A stretch of 64,000 bases of DNA from a virus, in IMG/VR virus record IMGVR_UViG_3300035685_000001, positions 1-64,000 of that record; one strand, given 5' to 3'. Below the pieces are notes generated by a model, which saw only the letters and a list, made by a program, of their open reading frames with translations, searched no databases and was not told the origin of the DNA. Within the stretch, counting starts at the first letter, position 1, and the number at the start of each line of letters is the position of its first letter. Shown piece by piece: positions 24,155 through 32,348 of this stretch. The position numbers and the translations under genes were made by a program.

Positions 24155-25684
24155 ATGATTATGCAAGAAATACCACTGATAGGGCAAGATAACTGGGATG
24201 CAATCGACTACGCAAGTATTGAGCAAGGCTTGTATGGCATTACAACACCGGACGGGAAAGTGTTGAATGAGCAGCAGGTGTGTGCAGTGTTGTTGATGGA
24301 ATGCTGGTACTTTGAAATTACAGATTTCTTTGATACTCCAATAGGGTTTCATTTACTAAAAGAAGTCGTATCTTCTGCTGACTTAACTCAATATAAGGAT
24401 TGTCAGGATATTAGAAATAATTACGCCGATCAATGGTTCGAGTCTGACTTTACTCTTATTGGGTTCGCTGGCACAGGGAAAACTGCGAGCTTACAAGCAT
24501 TTTTGAATCGTGCTAAACAGCGAACGCACTTACTGATCACTGCCACTACTCCCACAAACAAGGCTTTGAAAGTTCTTAAAGCTTTTGGTAAGTCTTCTAA
24601 AATCACTGGCATTGAGTATCAGACTATCTACCAGTCCCTAGGCATGAAGTTAGAGACTGATGACGATGGTAAAGAGGTAGCCGTAGGAGATAAAGACGGT
24701 AAACAGAATTTACAAGACTTTGACCTTGCGATCCTTGATGAAGCATCAATGCTGAATGCTTCAATGCACTCTCGAATAGTCGGCTTAAGTAAGCGTCCTA
24801 AGTTCATCTTCATGGGTGACAGCAAACAACTTAAGCCAGTTAACGACAAGACTATCTCCCCAGTCTTCACAAACGTTACTGCCTCGTACACCCTCTCTAA
24901 GGTGATGAGATACCCTGAAGGCTCAGCCATTGCGAGCCTAGTAACCGCTGTAAGAGACAACGTAGGGTCTAGTGAGTGGATTGACCCTAGGGATTATGCA
25001 AACAGCGAAGACGTTATTGTAACCGACTCTGAAGACTTCTTAGACCGTCTTGTAGAAGACCTACAGAGCGATCGCTATTTGGATAATCCAGACTCAGTAA
25101 AAGCAATCTGTTACACGAATAAGGTTGTTGACTGGATTAACAACTTTTGTCATGAGAAGCTTTACGGTAAGAAAGCTGATGCTTTTGTACCTGGTGAACG
25201 GTTAGTAAGCACTAAGCCTGTTACCCGTTGGAAACCTGGAAGTGGAACAGAAGTAATTCTTAAGAACCGCTTTGAAGTGGATGTATTGAGCGTCGTAGAG
25301 GATGAGGTAGAAGGCTACAAAGCATGGCAAGTGCGAGCCAGTGTAGTTGATGAAGATAGACGAGTGAGACTGGTTATTGTTGACCCTTCAGAGCGTAAAA
25401 GATTAAATGCAGAGTTAGACGACTTACGACAGATGGCGCTTAAATTACCAAAAGGCAGTACAGAACGTAAAGTTGCTTGGAGAGAAATGTATAAGCTTAG
25501 AGACTCCTTCGACAGTGTTGTACACAGCTTCTGCATCACTACGCATGGCTCTCAGGGAAGTAGCTTTAACAATGTTTATGTGGCTGAACGCGATCTATTA
25601 CGTTGCAAAGAGCCTTTAGAACGCTCTCAGCTTAAGTATGTGGCTTACTCACGTGCAATGGAACGGCTCATTATCTCAGTATGA
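24155..25684 (+). CDS. SF1 Dda/RecD-like DNA helicase
   Basis: GFAGTGKT (I), AILDEASM (II), GDSKQLKPV (III), TTHGSQGSSF (V), YVAYSRAMERL (VI). Confidence 0.75.
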   Translation: MIMQEIPLIGQDNWDAIDYASIEQGLYGITTPDGKVLNEQQVCAVLLMECWYFEITDFFDTPIGFHLLKEVVSSADLTQYKDCQDIRNNYADQWFESDFTLIGFAGTGKTASLQAFLNRAKQRTHLLITATTPTNKALKVLKAFGKSSKITGIEYQTIYQSLGMKLETDDDGKEVAVGDKDGKQNLQDFDLAILDEASMLNASMHSRIVGLSKRPKFIFMGDSKQLKPVNDKTISPVFTNVTASYTLSKVMRYPEGSAIASLVTAVRDNVGSSEWIDPRDYANSEDVIVTDSEDFLDRLVEDLQSDRYLDNPDSVKAICYTNKVVDWINNFCHEKLYGKKADAFVPGERLVSTKPVTRWKPGSGTEVILKNRFEVDVLSVVEDEVEGYKAWQVRASVVDEDRRVRLVIVDPSERKRLNAELDDLRQMALKLPKGSTERKVAWREMYKLRDSFDSVVHSFCITTHGSQGSSFNNVYVAERDLLRCKEPLERSQLKYVAYSRAMERLIISV

Positions 25685-25703
25685 TGCGAACAGGTAGATT
25701 AAA

Positions 25704-25731
25704 AGGCTAGCGTTAGGACTAGCCTTTTTTA
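25704..25731 (+). terminator. Rho-independent terminator
   Basis: Stem AGGCTAG/CTAGCCT followed by T6. Confidence 0.7.
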
Positions 25732-25742
25732 TTGACATTACA

Positions 25743-25771
25743 TTGACATTACGTTGACAATTAGCTAATAT
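25743..25771 (+). promoter_or_regulatory. Triple-TTGACA promoter
   Basis: TTGACA at 25732, 25743 and 25754. The box at 25743 has a 17-nt spacer to TAATAT (25766-25771). Confidence 0.55.
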
Positions 25772-25794
25772 TAAGCATTGAATTAAACGAAAGA

Positions 25795-26238
25795 ATGAAT
25801 CTTAAAGACCCGTTCACAAGAATAGGCATAACTATTGCAATAGGGCTACTGAGCTTTATCTATAATCAAGCATTCGAGGAACAATACAAGAGCCTGCAAA
25901 TCTACTGGATTATTGGGGGAATAATAAGGCTGCTGTTTTGGGTTGTTGCAATCTATCCCAACTACAGATGGAGGTCTTTAAATTTATTTAGGCGAGCTAT
26001 TGTAGTTGCAATTAGTATCGACTTCTGCTTAGTGTTCTTACCTGTTGACTTGCTGCTGTCTCCATTGGTTGACAGAATTCGTAATTCAATTAACTGGATA
26101 GTTTTAGCAGCTATTCTCTTAGATGATAGAGGTGATGGTGACGGAGGCAAAGGCAAGAAAGTAGAAGACACTGGAGAGGAAGTAGATAAGCATCGGCTCG
26201 CAATAAGTTACGCGATACTCACTCAGCAGAAGACTTAA
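25795..26238 (+). CDS. Membrane protein
   Basis: Four hydrophobic segments followed by an acidic/Gly tail. Framed by a promoter and a terminator. Confidence 0.5.
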   Translation: MNLKDPFTRIGITIAIGLLSFIYNQAFEEQYKSLQIYWIIGGIIRLLFWVVAIYPNYRWRSLNLFRRAIVVAISIDFCLVFLPVDLLLSPLVDRIRNSINWIVLAAILLDDRGDGDGGKGKKVEDTGEEVDKHRLAISYAILTQQKT

Positions 26239-26344
26239 AGAAAATAGAGTATCACGAAAATTACGCAATGAGGCTTATAGATAAGTTCGATTGCGAACCT
26301 CTTAAGGCAATGAAAGAAGCAATAGCCTTCTACGAATAAACCAT

Positions 26345-26377
26345 AAAAAGCGGCTAAGATTTTTAGCCGCTTTTTTT
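26345..26377 (+). terminator. Rho-independent terminator
   Basis: Stem GCGGCTAA/TTAGCCGC followed by T7. Confidence 0.75.
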
Positions 26378-26378
26378 A

Positions 26379-26407
26379 TTGACATTAGATTGACGATTAG
26401 ATAATAT
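26379..26407 (+). promoter_or_regulatory. Dual-TTGAC promoter
   Basis: TTGACA, 17-nt spacer containing TTGACGATTAGA, then TAATAT. Confidence 0.55.
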
Positions 26408-26434
26408 AGACTCATTCACTCAAAGCTACAAGCC

Positions 26435-26779
26435 ATGTACCAAGCTCTACTTTTTATAAACAACACAGAAGTTACTCAAAACTGTCACACTATCTCCGAA
26501 GCTATTACCTATCTATCTTCTCAGTTTGACGCTGACAAGGGGCATCTTGGAGAGGTCTTAAAGAATGACTTAATTCTGGCTACCGTTAGACGTTTAAATG
26601 GCATTACCAAGATTAAAGCCAATCACCCATCTGTAACAAACAATCTAAACCTTAAGCTGTCTACTCCTATCGAGTTTGAAGGTAGCATTACTCAGTCTGG
26701 GAACTCCCACCAATCAATAGGAACTAACCTTAAAGTAGGTGGTTCTATCAGCTTCGGCAATATTACCCAGGAAAACTAA
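26435..26779 (+). CDS. Hypothetical protein
   Basis: Track ORF after promoter 26379-26407. Confidence 0.5.
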   Translation: MYQALLFINNTEVTQNCHTISEAITYLSSQFDADKGHLGEVLKNDLILATVRRLNGITKIKANHPSVTNNLNLKLSTPIEFEGSITQSGNSHQSIGTNLKVGGSISFGNITQEN

Positions 26780-27003
26780 TGGCTAAAACGCTTGCAGCTA
26801 GTCCAGTCTACAAATACAAAGGTTGGGACGTTTACCAAACTTACAATGACGATGGCACTCTTAGCAATCAGATTGTAATCAAGCATGAATCTAAAAACTT
26901 TGTGTTCATGGTTCCAACAACTGAATCAATCTACGACACAGTAATGCAAGTAGAGGGAATGATTGACAGAGAAATAGAGAATCCAGGAAAGTATACAAGT
27001 TGA
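26779..27003 (+). CDS. Hypothetical protein
   Basis: TAATG overlap with the previous ORF. Terminator at 27025-27054. Confidence 0.5.
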   Translation: MAKTLAASPVYKYKGWDVYQTYNDDGTLSNQIVIKHESKNFVFMVPTTESIYDTVMQVEGMIDREIENPGKYTS

Positions 27004-27024
27004 TTCTTTTCATAATATTCTAAA

Positions 27025-27054
27025 GCGACAATGTACAGGCATTGCCGCTTTTTT
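27025..27054 (+). terminator. Rho-independent terminator
   Basis: Stem GCGACAATG/CATTGCCGC (one mismatch) followed by T6. Confidence 0.65.
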
Positions 27055-27055
27055 A

Positions 27056-27084
27056 TTGACAGTGTATTGACATTTAAATAAAAT
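27056..27084 (+). promoter_or_regulatory. Dual-TTGAC promoter
   Basis: TTGACA, 17-nt spacer containing TTGACATTTAAA, then TAAAAT. Confidence 0.55.
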
Positions 27085-27108
27085 ATTACTATCACTCTAC
27101 AATTAACT

Positions 27109-27642
27109 ATGAAGACACAAGCCACCTACACATTTAAAGAAAAAGCATTATTGGTGTTTCACGAAACCAACTTAACGCTAATTTCTGCAATATTGTCTGA
27201 TTTGTCTTTACGCTATTTAATCAGTCTTTTAAATGCACCTCTAAAAAGTGGGAATGCCAGTGTAGGTACTACCAGAACAGTCAGTTGTGACAATTACAGG
27301 CTTGTTATGGATTTAATTGAGTCTGTTCTGATAATGCCAGTAATTGAGGAAGTAATCTTCAGGCTCGTCCCGTTAGTCTTTATGAGGTTAGTACTCAAGC
27401 AAAAAAAATCATTAATCCTAAATGTTATTAGCTCTGCTGTGTTTGCTTTCTGCCACAACTTTACTTGGAACATAAGCAATATTCTAGCTAGTCGTTATCA
27501 TTCGGGGTGGATACCTTTGCCGCAGTTTATTTGCGGTTTATTCTTATGGCATATTGCTAGGAAGTATGGTGTTATTTGGGCTATCGCTTCTCATGGTGCG
27601 ATTAATTTAGTGCTAACCCTAGTAAAAGCTTCCAACTGTTAA
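27109..27642 (+). CDS. CPBP (CAAX/Abi) family intramembrane metalloprotease
   Basis: Motif 1 EEVIFRLVP (EExxxR), motif 2 FAFCH (FxxxH), motif 3 HGAINL (HxxxN), set in hydrophobic helices. Confidence 0.7.
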   Translation: MKTQATYTFKEKALLVFHETNLTLISAILSDLSLRYLISLLNAPLKSGNASVGTTRTVSCDNYRLVMDLIESVLIMPVIEEVIFRLVPLVFMRLVLKQKKSLILNVISSAVFAFCHNFTWNISNILASRYHSGWIPLPQFICGLFLWHIARKYGVIWAIASHGAINLVLTLVKASNC

Positions 27643-27673
27643 TTGCTCTCACAGCAATTAAATAACTTAATCT

Positions 27674-27703
27674 CCTGTGTGCTGCATCGTACACAGGATT
27701 TTT
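27674..27703 (+). terminator. Rho-independent terminator
   Basis: Stem CCTGTGT/ACACAGG followed by T5. Separates the CPBP gene from the kinase gene. Confidence 0.65.
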
Positions 27704-27741
27704 AGTATAGGACGGTACAATGGGCATTTACGGTAATTTAG

Positions 27742-29145
27742 ATGGCAGCCGTAAGATTAACCCAACAGCGCTGGAGTTTAATAGCCCTACTTGGTTTAAG
27801 TATCACAAGTGGTGTAGTTGCACTTGCTGTTATTTCTCAGAACTATTCCACTGCTGCTAGTAGCAGTATGAGAGCAAAGAATGCCATACTCGCTCTGAGC
27901 GAGCTAGAAGGCTCTCTAAAGGATGCTGAAACGGGTCAAAGGGGATTCCTCCTAACTGGAGACGATGATTACCTAGACCCTTACATAGAAGGAGCAGGGA
28001 TAGCACAAGCTAATGTCGCGAAGCTTGAAAGTCTACTTAAGACCTCAGACACTGTAAGTGCAAAAAGCCTTGAAGATATTAAACACTTCACGGCTCTTAA
28101 GCTTGCTGAACTGGAAGAGACGATTGCCTTAAGACGCTTCAGAAGTCTAGAGGCTGCTTTGCCCGTAGTCAAGTCTGGTGAAGGCAAAGGCTACATGGAT
28201 ATCATTCGAGCTAGGTCTAACCGCATCCGTTACGCTCAAGAGTCCATCCTTGGCACCAACCTTGCAATCCTTGACCAACTCAACACAGTACGCAATAGCA
28301 TAATCCTAATCATTAGCATGGCTTCTGCTGGTATCTTCTGGCTACTCTTCCAGAGTTTTAAAGAAGAGACGGCACTACGCAAGCAAATAGTAGCCAATCA
28401 AGAAGCTGAAATAGAAAAGAATGAAGCTGATGTTAAAGCTCTTAAGGAAGCTGCAGACCTTAAAGAACGTGAGCTAAGCTTCCGTATTCATGATTGGAAG
28501 AATCCAGTAACAGCGATTCAAAGTAGTATCGACCTAATAAACTACTATTACAAAAAACAACAACTTACAAACAGTCATTTTGAAAAACATTACGAGCGCA
28601 TCATTGTAAATGTTGCAACATTGCTGGATGGCTTTAACGATGCTTTGGTAGTAGCGCGTGCAGAAGCAGGAAGACTAGACGTGATTAAGCAATCTACAGA
28701 CCTTGGAATAGTCATCCGAAATAGCATTAATGCCGTAGAGTCAAAAGCTATTAATCACACTATTAGACTGTACCAAAGTGAACTTGAGTACCAGGTAATG
28801 TGTGATGCCAGTTTGGTGCAAAGGGCAATAGTGAATCTACTAGAGAATGCTATTAAACACACTCCAAGTGGTGAGATAGGGGTGTGCCTTCACAAGGTGG
28901 CTACAAAGACGCTCATCCAGGTAGCAGACCAAGGTGAGGGCATACCACCTGAAGACTTACAACGCCTGTTCAGTGCCTTCGAGAGAGGCAATACAACAGC
29001 TAAGGGAACTGGACTAGGTTTAGCTGTTGTGAAGTCGTGTGCAGAGGCTCACGAAGGGTCTGTCAGGGTGGAGTCAAGGGAGGGCTTAAGACTCGCTCAT
29101 CCTGATGGACTGACTTATAGGACTATGTTTACTCTTTCGATTTGA
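27742..29145 (+). CDS. CHASE3-domain sensor histidine kinase
   Basis: TM1, then a periplasmic ETGQRGFLLTGDDDYLDPY (CHASE3 signature), TM2, coiled coil, H-box IHDWKNPVTAI, N-box LENAIKHTP, G1 DQGEGIP, F LFSAFERG, G2 GTGLGLAVV. Confidence 0.8.
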   Translation: MAAVRLTQQRWSLIALLGLSITSGVVALAVISQNYSTAASSSMRAKNAILALSELEGSLKDAETGQRGFLLTGDDDYLDPYIEGAGIAQANVAKLESLLKTSDTVSAKSLEDIKHFTALKLAELEETIALRRFRSLEAALPVVKSGEGKGYMDIIRARSNRIRYAQESILGTNLAILDQLNTVRNSIILIISMASAGIFWLLFQSFKEETALRKQIVANQEAEIEKNEADVKALKEAADLKERELSFRIHDWKNPVTAIQSSIDLINYYYKKQQLTNSHFEKHYERIIVNVATLLDGFNDALVVARAEAGRLDVIKQSTDLGIVIRNSINAVESKAINHTIRLYQSELEYQVMCDASLVQRAIVNLLENAIKHTPSGEIGVCLHKVATKTLIQVADQGEGIPPEDLQRLFSAFERGNTTAKGTGLGLAVVKSCAEAHEGSVRVESREGLRLAHPDGLTYRTMFTLSI

Positions 29146-29240
29146 GGCGGAACTTGTAGAGGTGTTATTAAGTATTAGATCTACTAGTTCTGTTTGTTGG
29201 GATGCTTGCAGGGTAAGATTTTAAGGTTGATTTTGGGGAT
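29145..29240 (-). repeat. Structured intergenic repeat, copy N (only minus-strand copy)
   Basis: The reverse complement reads CCCCAAAATCAACCTTAAAATCTTACCCTGCAAGCATCCCAACAAACAGAACTAG...ATCTAATACTTAATAACACCTCTACAAGTTCCGCCTC. The last 37 nt differ from copy J at one position. Confidence 0.75.
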
Positions 29241-29496
29241 GGAGTGGATGGAGGTGAGTTGCTTGAGAGTTGTTCGCTGGTTTGAGAAAAATGTAGACAA
29301 GCTGATAGGTGAGCAGCCGTTGAGTAATGTGGACTTGGTTATTCTTCAGAAGCTTTTTGATGTTGCTGACAACAATCCAATGTGTGATTGCTATCCGATT
29401 AAGACGGTTGAGCAAATTAAGTATATTAAAGATGTTGCACATATTGTGATAACAAAACAAGATTATGATTATTTTCTGGAATGTGATGCAACTTAG
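29239..29496 (+). CDS. Hypothetical protein
   Basis: The plus-frame translation has normal composition, whereas the overlapping minus ORF is I/L/N low complexity. The start is uncertain (ATG 29239 or later). Confidence 0.35.
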   Translation: MEWMEVSCLRVVRWFEKNVDKLIGEQPLSNVDLVILQKLFDVADNNPMCDCYPIKTVEQIKYIKDVAHIVITKQDYDYFLECDAT

Positions 29497-29554
29497 ATAC
29501 ACAAAAGTATTTTAAAAGGCAACTTAATAGAGGTTAATGGCTTTTGTCTTCCAA

Positions 29555-29585
29555 TAAAAAAACGGGTTAATTAACCCGCCTTTGT
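29555..29585. terminator. Bidirectional terminator
   Basis: A8, then the palindrome CGGGTTAATTAACCCG, then CCTTTG. Lies between convergent ORFs. Confidence 0.6.
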
Positions 29586-29603
29586 TGCAACATTGTAAAT
29601 GTA

Positions 29604-29849
29604 TTATGTGTGTTTTTCGTAACTGTAAGACAAGACGTTATCTGAGGCGTTAACATTACCTTGGCAGATAACCTCCCACAAGTCGGTTATATTCTCCCAC
29701 CCTCCATAGACTATAACTTGATTGCCTTCGTGCCTAATGTTGCACCAGTAAGACTCTAACCAACGGTCTTGTAGTGCCTCTACAAAGCTGATAACGTCTT
29801 CTGTGTTGTTAAACACTATGGTTGTTTTGCCTTCATCTTGCTGGTTCAT
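29604..29849 (-). CDS. Hypothetical protein
   Basis: Track ORF convergent on the bidirectional terminator 29555-29585. Confidence 0.45.
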   Translation of the reverse strand: MNQQDEGKTTIVFNNTEDVISFVEALQDRWLESYWCNIRHEGNQVIVYGGWENITDLWEVICQGNVNASDNVLSYSYEKHT

Positions 29850-29882
29850 CTGCGTTGTCTGTAAAGTACTCTTTTATTATAG

Positions 29883-29911
29883 TTGACGTTTGCATAAAAC
29901 AAGACGATACT
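29883..29911 (+). promoter_or_regulatory. Promoter
   Basis: TTGACGTTTGCATAAAAC with GATACT at 17-nt spacing. Confidence 0.4.
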
Positions 29912-29945
29912 GGTAAATGTAAGCGAGCAATAAAGGATTAATCAA

Positions 29946-30338
29946 GTGACTCAGCACAACAACGAAGTACAGCTTGGTGATGAAGAGGTTTTTATTCTAA
30001 AAACAGCTTTAGAGTACTACATTCAAAAACCTGATGGCTGTTGTTTATTTCGACCTTACGCTAAATCTGCTCTCAATAAAATCAAACTTGTAGATAAAGA
30101 AAGTAGTGTTTCCGGACGTTACTTTAGTCTCGGTCTTGGAGAGTATACACCAATCTTTACTGAGGGTTACGGAACTAGAGAGAACGGTATTCGATGGGCA
30201 GTGCGGAAAGGACTAAGCCCCACTCAAGCAAACAAGCTTTACGACAAAGTTCAAGCGTATGGAGCAACACATGTCATGGATGTAACCGAGCGTCGCAAGA
30301 TGTTCATAGATGAAGTTGAGTTCTATCTCGACTTCTAA
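29946..30338 (+). CDS. Hypothetical protein
   Basis: GTG start downstream of promoter 29883-29911. Terminator at 30366-30388. Confidence 0.45.
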   Translation: MTQHNNEVQLGDEEVFILKTALEYYIQKPDGCCLFRPYAKSALNKIKLVDKESSVSGRYFSLGLGEYTPIFTEGYGTRENGIRWAVRKGLSPTQANKLYDKVQAYGATHVMDVTERRKMFIDEVEFYLDF

Positions 30339-30365
30339 TCAACTCACTAACTTCTGTTAATCGCT

Positions 30366-30388
30366 AGCCCTCTGATGAGGGCTTTTTT
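30366..30388 (+). terminator. Rho-independent terminator
   Basis: Stem AGCCCTC/GAGGGCT followed by T6. Confidence 0.75.
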
Positions 30389-30629
30389 ATTTCCTAAAAA
30401 GGCGATCGCCTTGCGAAGCTCCAACAAAAAAGCCAGCAGAGCTAACTACTGACTTTTTTGCAACTAAATAAGGAATACAACGATAAGCAGATTCAAACTT
30501 ACAGGGTCGATGCTGCAAGTCAGCGCCGTAATCTGCTAATCATCACTTTTCTATTCTATCTCAAAATGCGATCGCACCTCCTGAACTGCCAGCAACAAGA
30601 CCGGACTGGAGACTAACTACCCTCTGTTG

Positions 30630-30730
30630 AGTTCATACTCTAAACAGACCACTATTGCTTACTACATATACGTTACAGCTAACGGCAGTAGCAGAGTTTA
30701 ATAACTAATAACACCTGTTGTACTTCCGCC
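30630..30730 (+). repeat. Structured intergenic repeat, copy I
   Basis: GTTCATACTCTAAACAGACC...GCTTACTACAT...CAGCTAACGGCAGTAGC...TAATAACACCTGTTGTACTTCCGCC. Confidence 0.7.
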
Positions 30731-30747
30731 TATTAACCTTACACCAC

Positions 30748-30776
30748 TTGTCACCTACTTGACATTCAGCTAATAT
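30748..30776 (+). promoter_or_regulatory. Dual-box promoter
   Basis: TTGTCA, 17-nt spacer containing TTGACATTCAGC, then TAATAT. Confidence 0.5.
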
Positions 30777-30813
30777 GTAGTAATCCTTTATACATTTAAT
30801 TCTTGTGATAACA

Positions 30814-31245
30814 ATGGCAACGACAAGTACCGAGAGAATGCGAGCATTAGTTGCTCGTCGCAAAGCTGGCATTAAGATTCCTAAGTGCAACTGTGGGTCA
30901 AAACTGACCTCACCTGAGAGTGTCAGGACTAAACGCTGTTCTACGTGTCGTAGGGAGAATCCAACCTCTGAAGAGCGCCAGAGGGCAATCGCCAATGCTT
31001 ATAAGTCAATGAATAGGCGAGCAAAGTTGTATGAGCTAGAGACTCCGCTAGAGGGCTTCAAGTGGGAATGGCAAGAGGTAGAGGTTGCATTGCCTAGCCA
31101 TACTGATGGAGTGTTGGTTGAAACCGTAAGAGGTGCTAAGACTATAGGCATTTACTACCCTCTACAAGGATGGGTAGATAGTATTGATGGACTAACTGTC
31201 AAGGCTAAAAGATGGGCTGAGATACCAAAGCGGGAGGCGAGCTAA
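30814..31245 (+). CDS. Zinc-ribbon plus DUF551-like domain protein
   Basis: CNCG...CSTC ribbon. The C-terminus W.WQEV...VLVE...GIYYPLQGW...VKAKRWAEIP is paralogous to the next two ORFs. Confidence 0.5.
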   Translation: MATTSTERMRALVARRKAGIKIPKCNCGSKLTSPESVRTKRCSTCRRENPTSEERQRAIANAYKSMNRRAKLYELETPLEGFKWEWQEVEVALPSHTDGVLVETVRGAKTIGIYYPLQGWVDSIDGLTVKAKRWAEIPKREAS

Positions 31246-31251
31246 GAGCTA

Positions 31252-31455
31252 ATGGTTACTGATTTTATTTGGCAGAATGCCGACATCGTAAAGCCTGATG
31301 AAGGCACAGAAGTATTAATCCAGGATGAATCGAAAAACTATTGGTTGGGCTTCTACAATTACAGACTAGGTGAGTATTCTGACTCAGTAGATAGTCTTAA
31401 GGTTACTGCTAAGTGGTGGACTTATATTTCACCCGCACCAAGTGAGGCAAGTTAA
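31252..31455 (+). CDS. DUF551-like protein (paralog 2)
   Basis: FIWQNADIVKPDEGTEVLI...WLGFYNY...VTAKWWTYISP. Confidence 0.5.
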   Translation: MVTDFIWQNADIVKPDEGTEVLIQDESKNYWLGFYNYRLGEYSDSVDSLKVTAKWWTYISPAPSEAS

Positions 31456-31685
31456 TGAGCAGCAATATTGAGTGGCAAGATGCAAGTAAAGTTAAACCTT
31501 CTACAAATCCCCATGACTCAATTGAGACTGTAGAAGTTTTGATAGAAAGTACTGATGATATTTGGTATTTAGGCATTTATAACTATAAGAGTCAACAATG
31601 GGAAGAAACAACGGATTATCAACCCATCAAAGCTAAATGGTGGTCATACATCCCTGACACACCTGACTCAAAAACGGGAGATTAG
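31455..31685 (+). CDS. DUF551-like protein (paralog 3)
   Basis: IEWQDASKVKP...VEVLI...YLGIYNY...IKAKWWSYIP. TAATG overlap with the previous ORF. Confidence 0.5.
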   Translation: MSSNIEWQDASKVKPSTNPHDSIETVEVLIESTDDIWYLGIYNYKSQQWEETTDYQPIKAKWWSYIPDTPDSKTGD

Positions 31686-31791
31686 TCTCTCTGTTATTAT
31701 CTACACTCTACTAGTGTCGCTAGCTATAAACCTTATAGGTTAAGCATTACAGTTCACTTTTAATCCTGAACATCCTACAACCAAGTTCCTC

Positions 31792-32025
31792 ATGAAGTAC
31801 CGTCAAATGGCATGGCTTGAAACTCATTCCACTGCAACCAACAAAGTTCTCCACCTCAAAGCTGACGATGGCAATTGGCATCCCTACAGTGCCTTCTCTC
31901 ATCTCAGGAAGCCTGATAGTACTCTGCCAGGTGCTAGCAAAGGTTATGCCACCATGCAACACTTACTCAAGGCTGGATGGCAGTTAGTGCCCTCTGAAGA
32001 GGCGAGCAAAGTCATGGTAATCTAA
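31792..32025 (+). CDS. Hypothetical protein
   Basis: I prefer the plus ORF over the overlapping minus ORF because a plus-oriented terminator follows at 32056-32081. Confidence 0.4.
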   Translation: MKYRQMAWLETHSTATNKVLHLKADDGNWHPYSAFSHLRKPDSTLPGASKGYATMQHLLKAGWQLVPSEEASKVMVI

Positions 32026-32055
32026 ACTCAGTTGATACTGATAGGCTTCTTTTTG

Positions 32056-32081
32056 CCCAGGCAGCAATGCTTGGGATTTTT
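32056..32081 (+). terminator. Rho-independent terminator
   Basis: Stem CCCAGG/CTTGGG followed by ATTTTT. Confidence 0.55.
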
Positions 32082-32082
32082 A

Positions 32083-32111
32083 TTGACAACGCGCTGACGA
32101 TTAGGTAAAAT
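32083..32111 (+). promoter_or_regulatory. Dual-box promoter
   Basis: TTGACA, 17-nt spacer containing CTGACGATTAGG, then TAAAAT. Confidence 0.55.
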
Positions 32112-32134
32112 AATGGAAGTATATCACGAAAACT

Positions 32135-32344
32135 ATGACACCTTTACAAGCAATCAAAGCAGCATTTGAAGTGAGAGGCGTACCCACAGCCCTCTACGAA
32201 ATTGATGAGGCGAGCAAGGAGCTTAAGGTAGATGAGTCGTTCTTACGGATGCTCAGAGACTCTACGGAGGTGTGGCAACCTCTAGAAGATGCGTTGATTG
32301 CAGATGGCGGCAAGGTTATCCCAGAATATCAGTTAGGAGTTTAG
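32135..32344 (+). CDS. Hypothetical protein (twin 1)
   Basis: MTPLQAIKAAFE...WQPLEDAL...IPEY. Paralog of the next ORF. Confidence 0.5.
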   Translation: MTPLQAIKAAFEVRGVPTALYEIDEASKELKVDESFLRMLRDSTEVWQPLEDALIADGGKVIPEYQLGV

Positions 32345-32348
32345 ACAA

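Noticed and set aside
29221-29502. Minus-strand ORF of 93 aa downstream of the kinase
   Set aside because: The translation is I/L/N-rich low complexity, typical of an antisense frame. The plus-strand frame gives a balanced sequence and ends before the bidirectional terminator.
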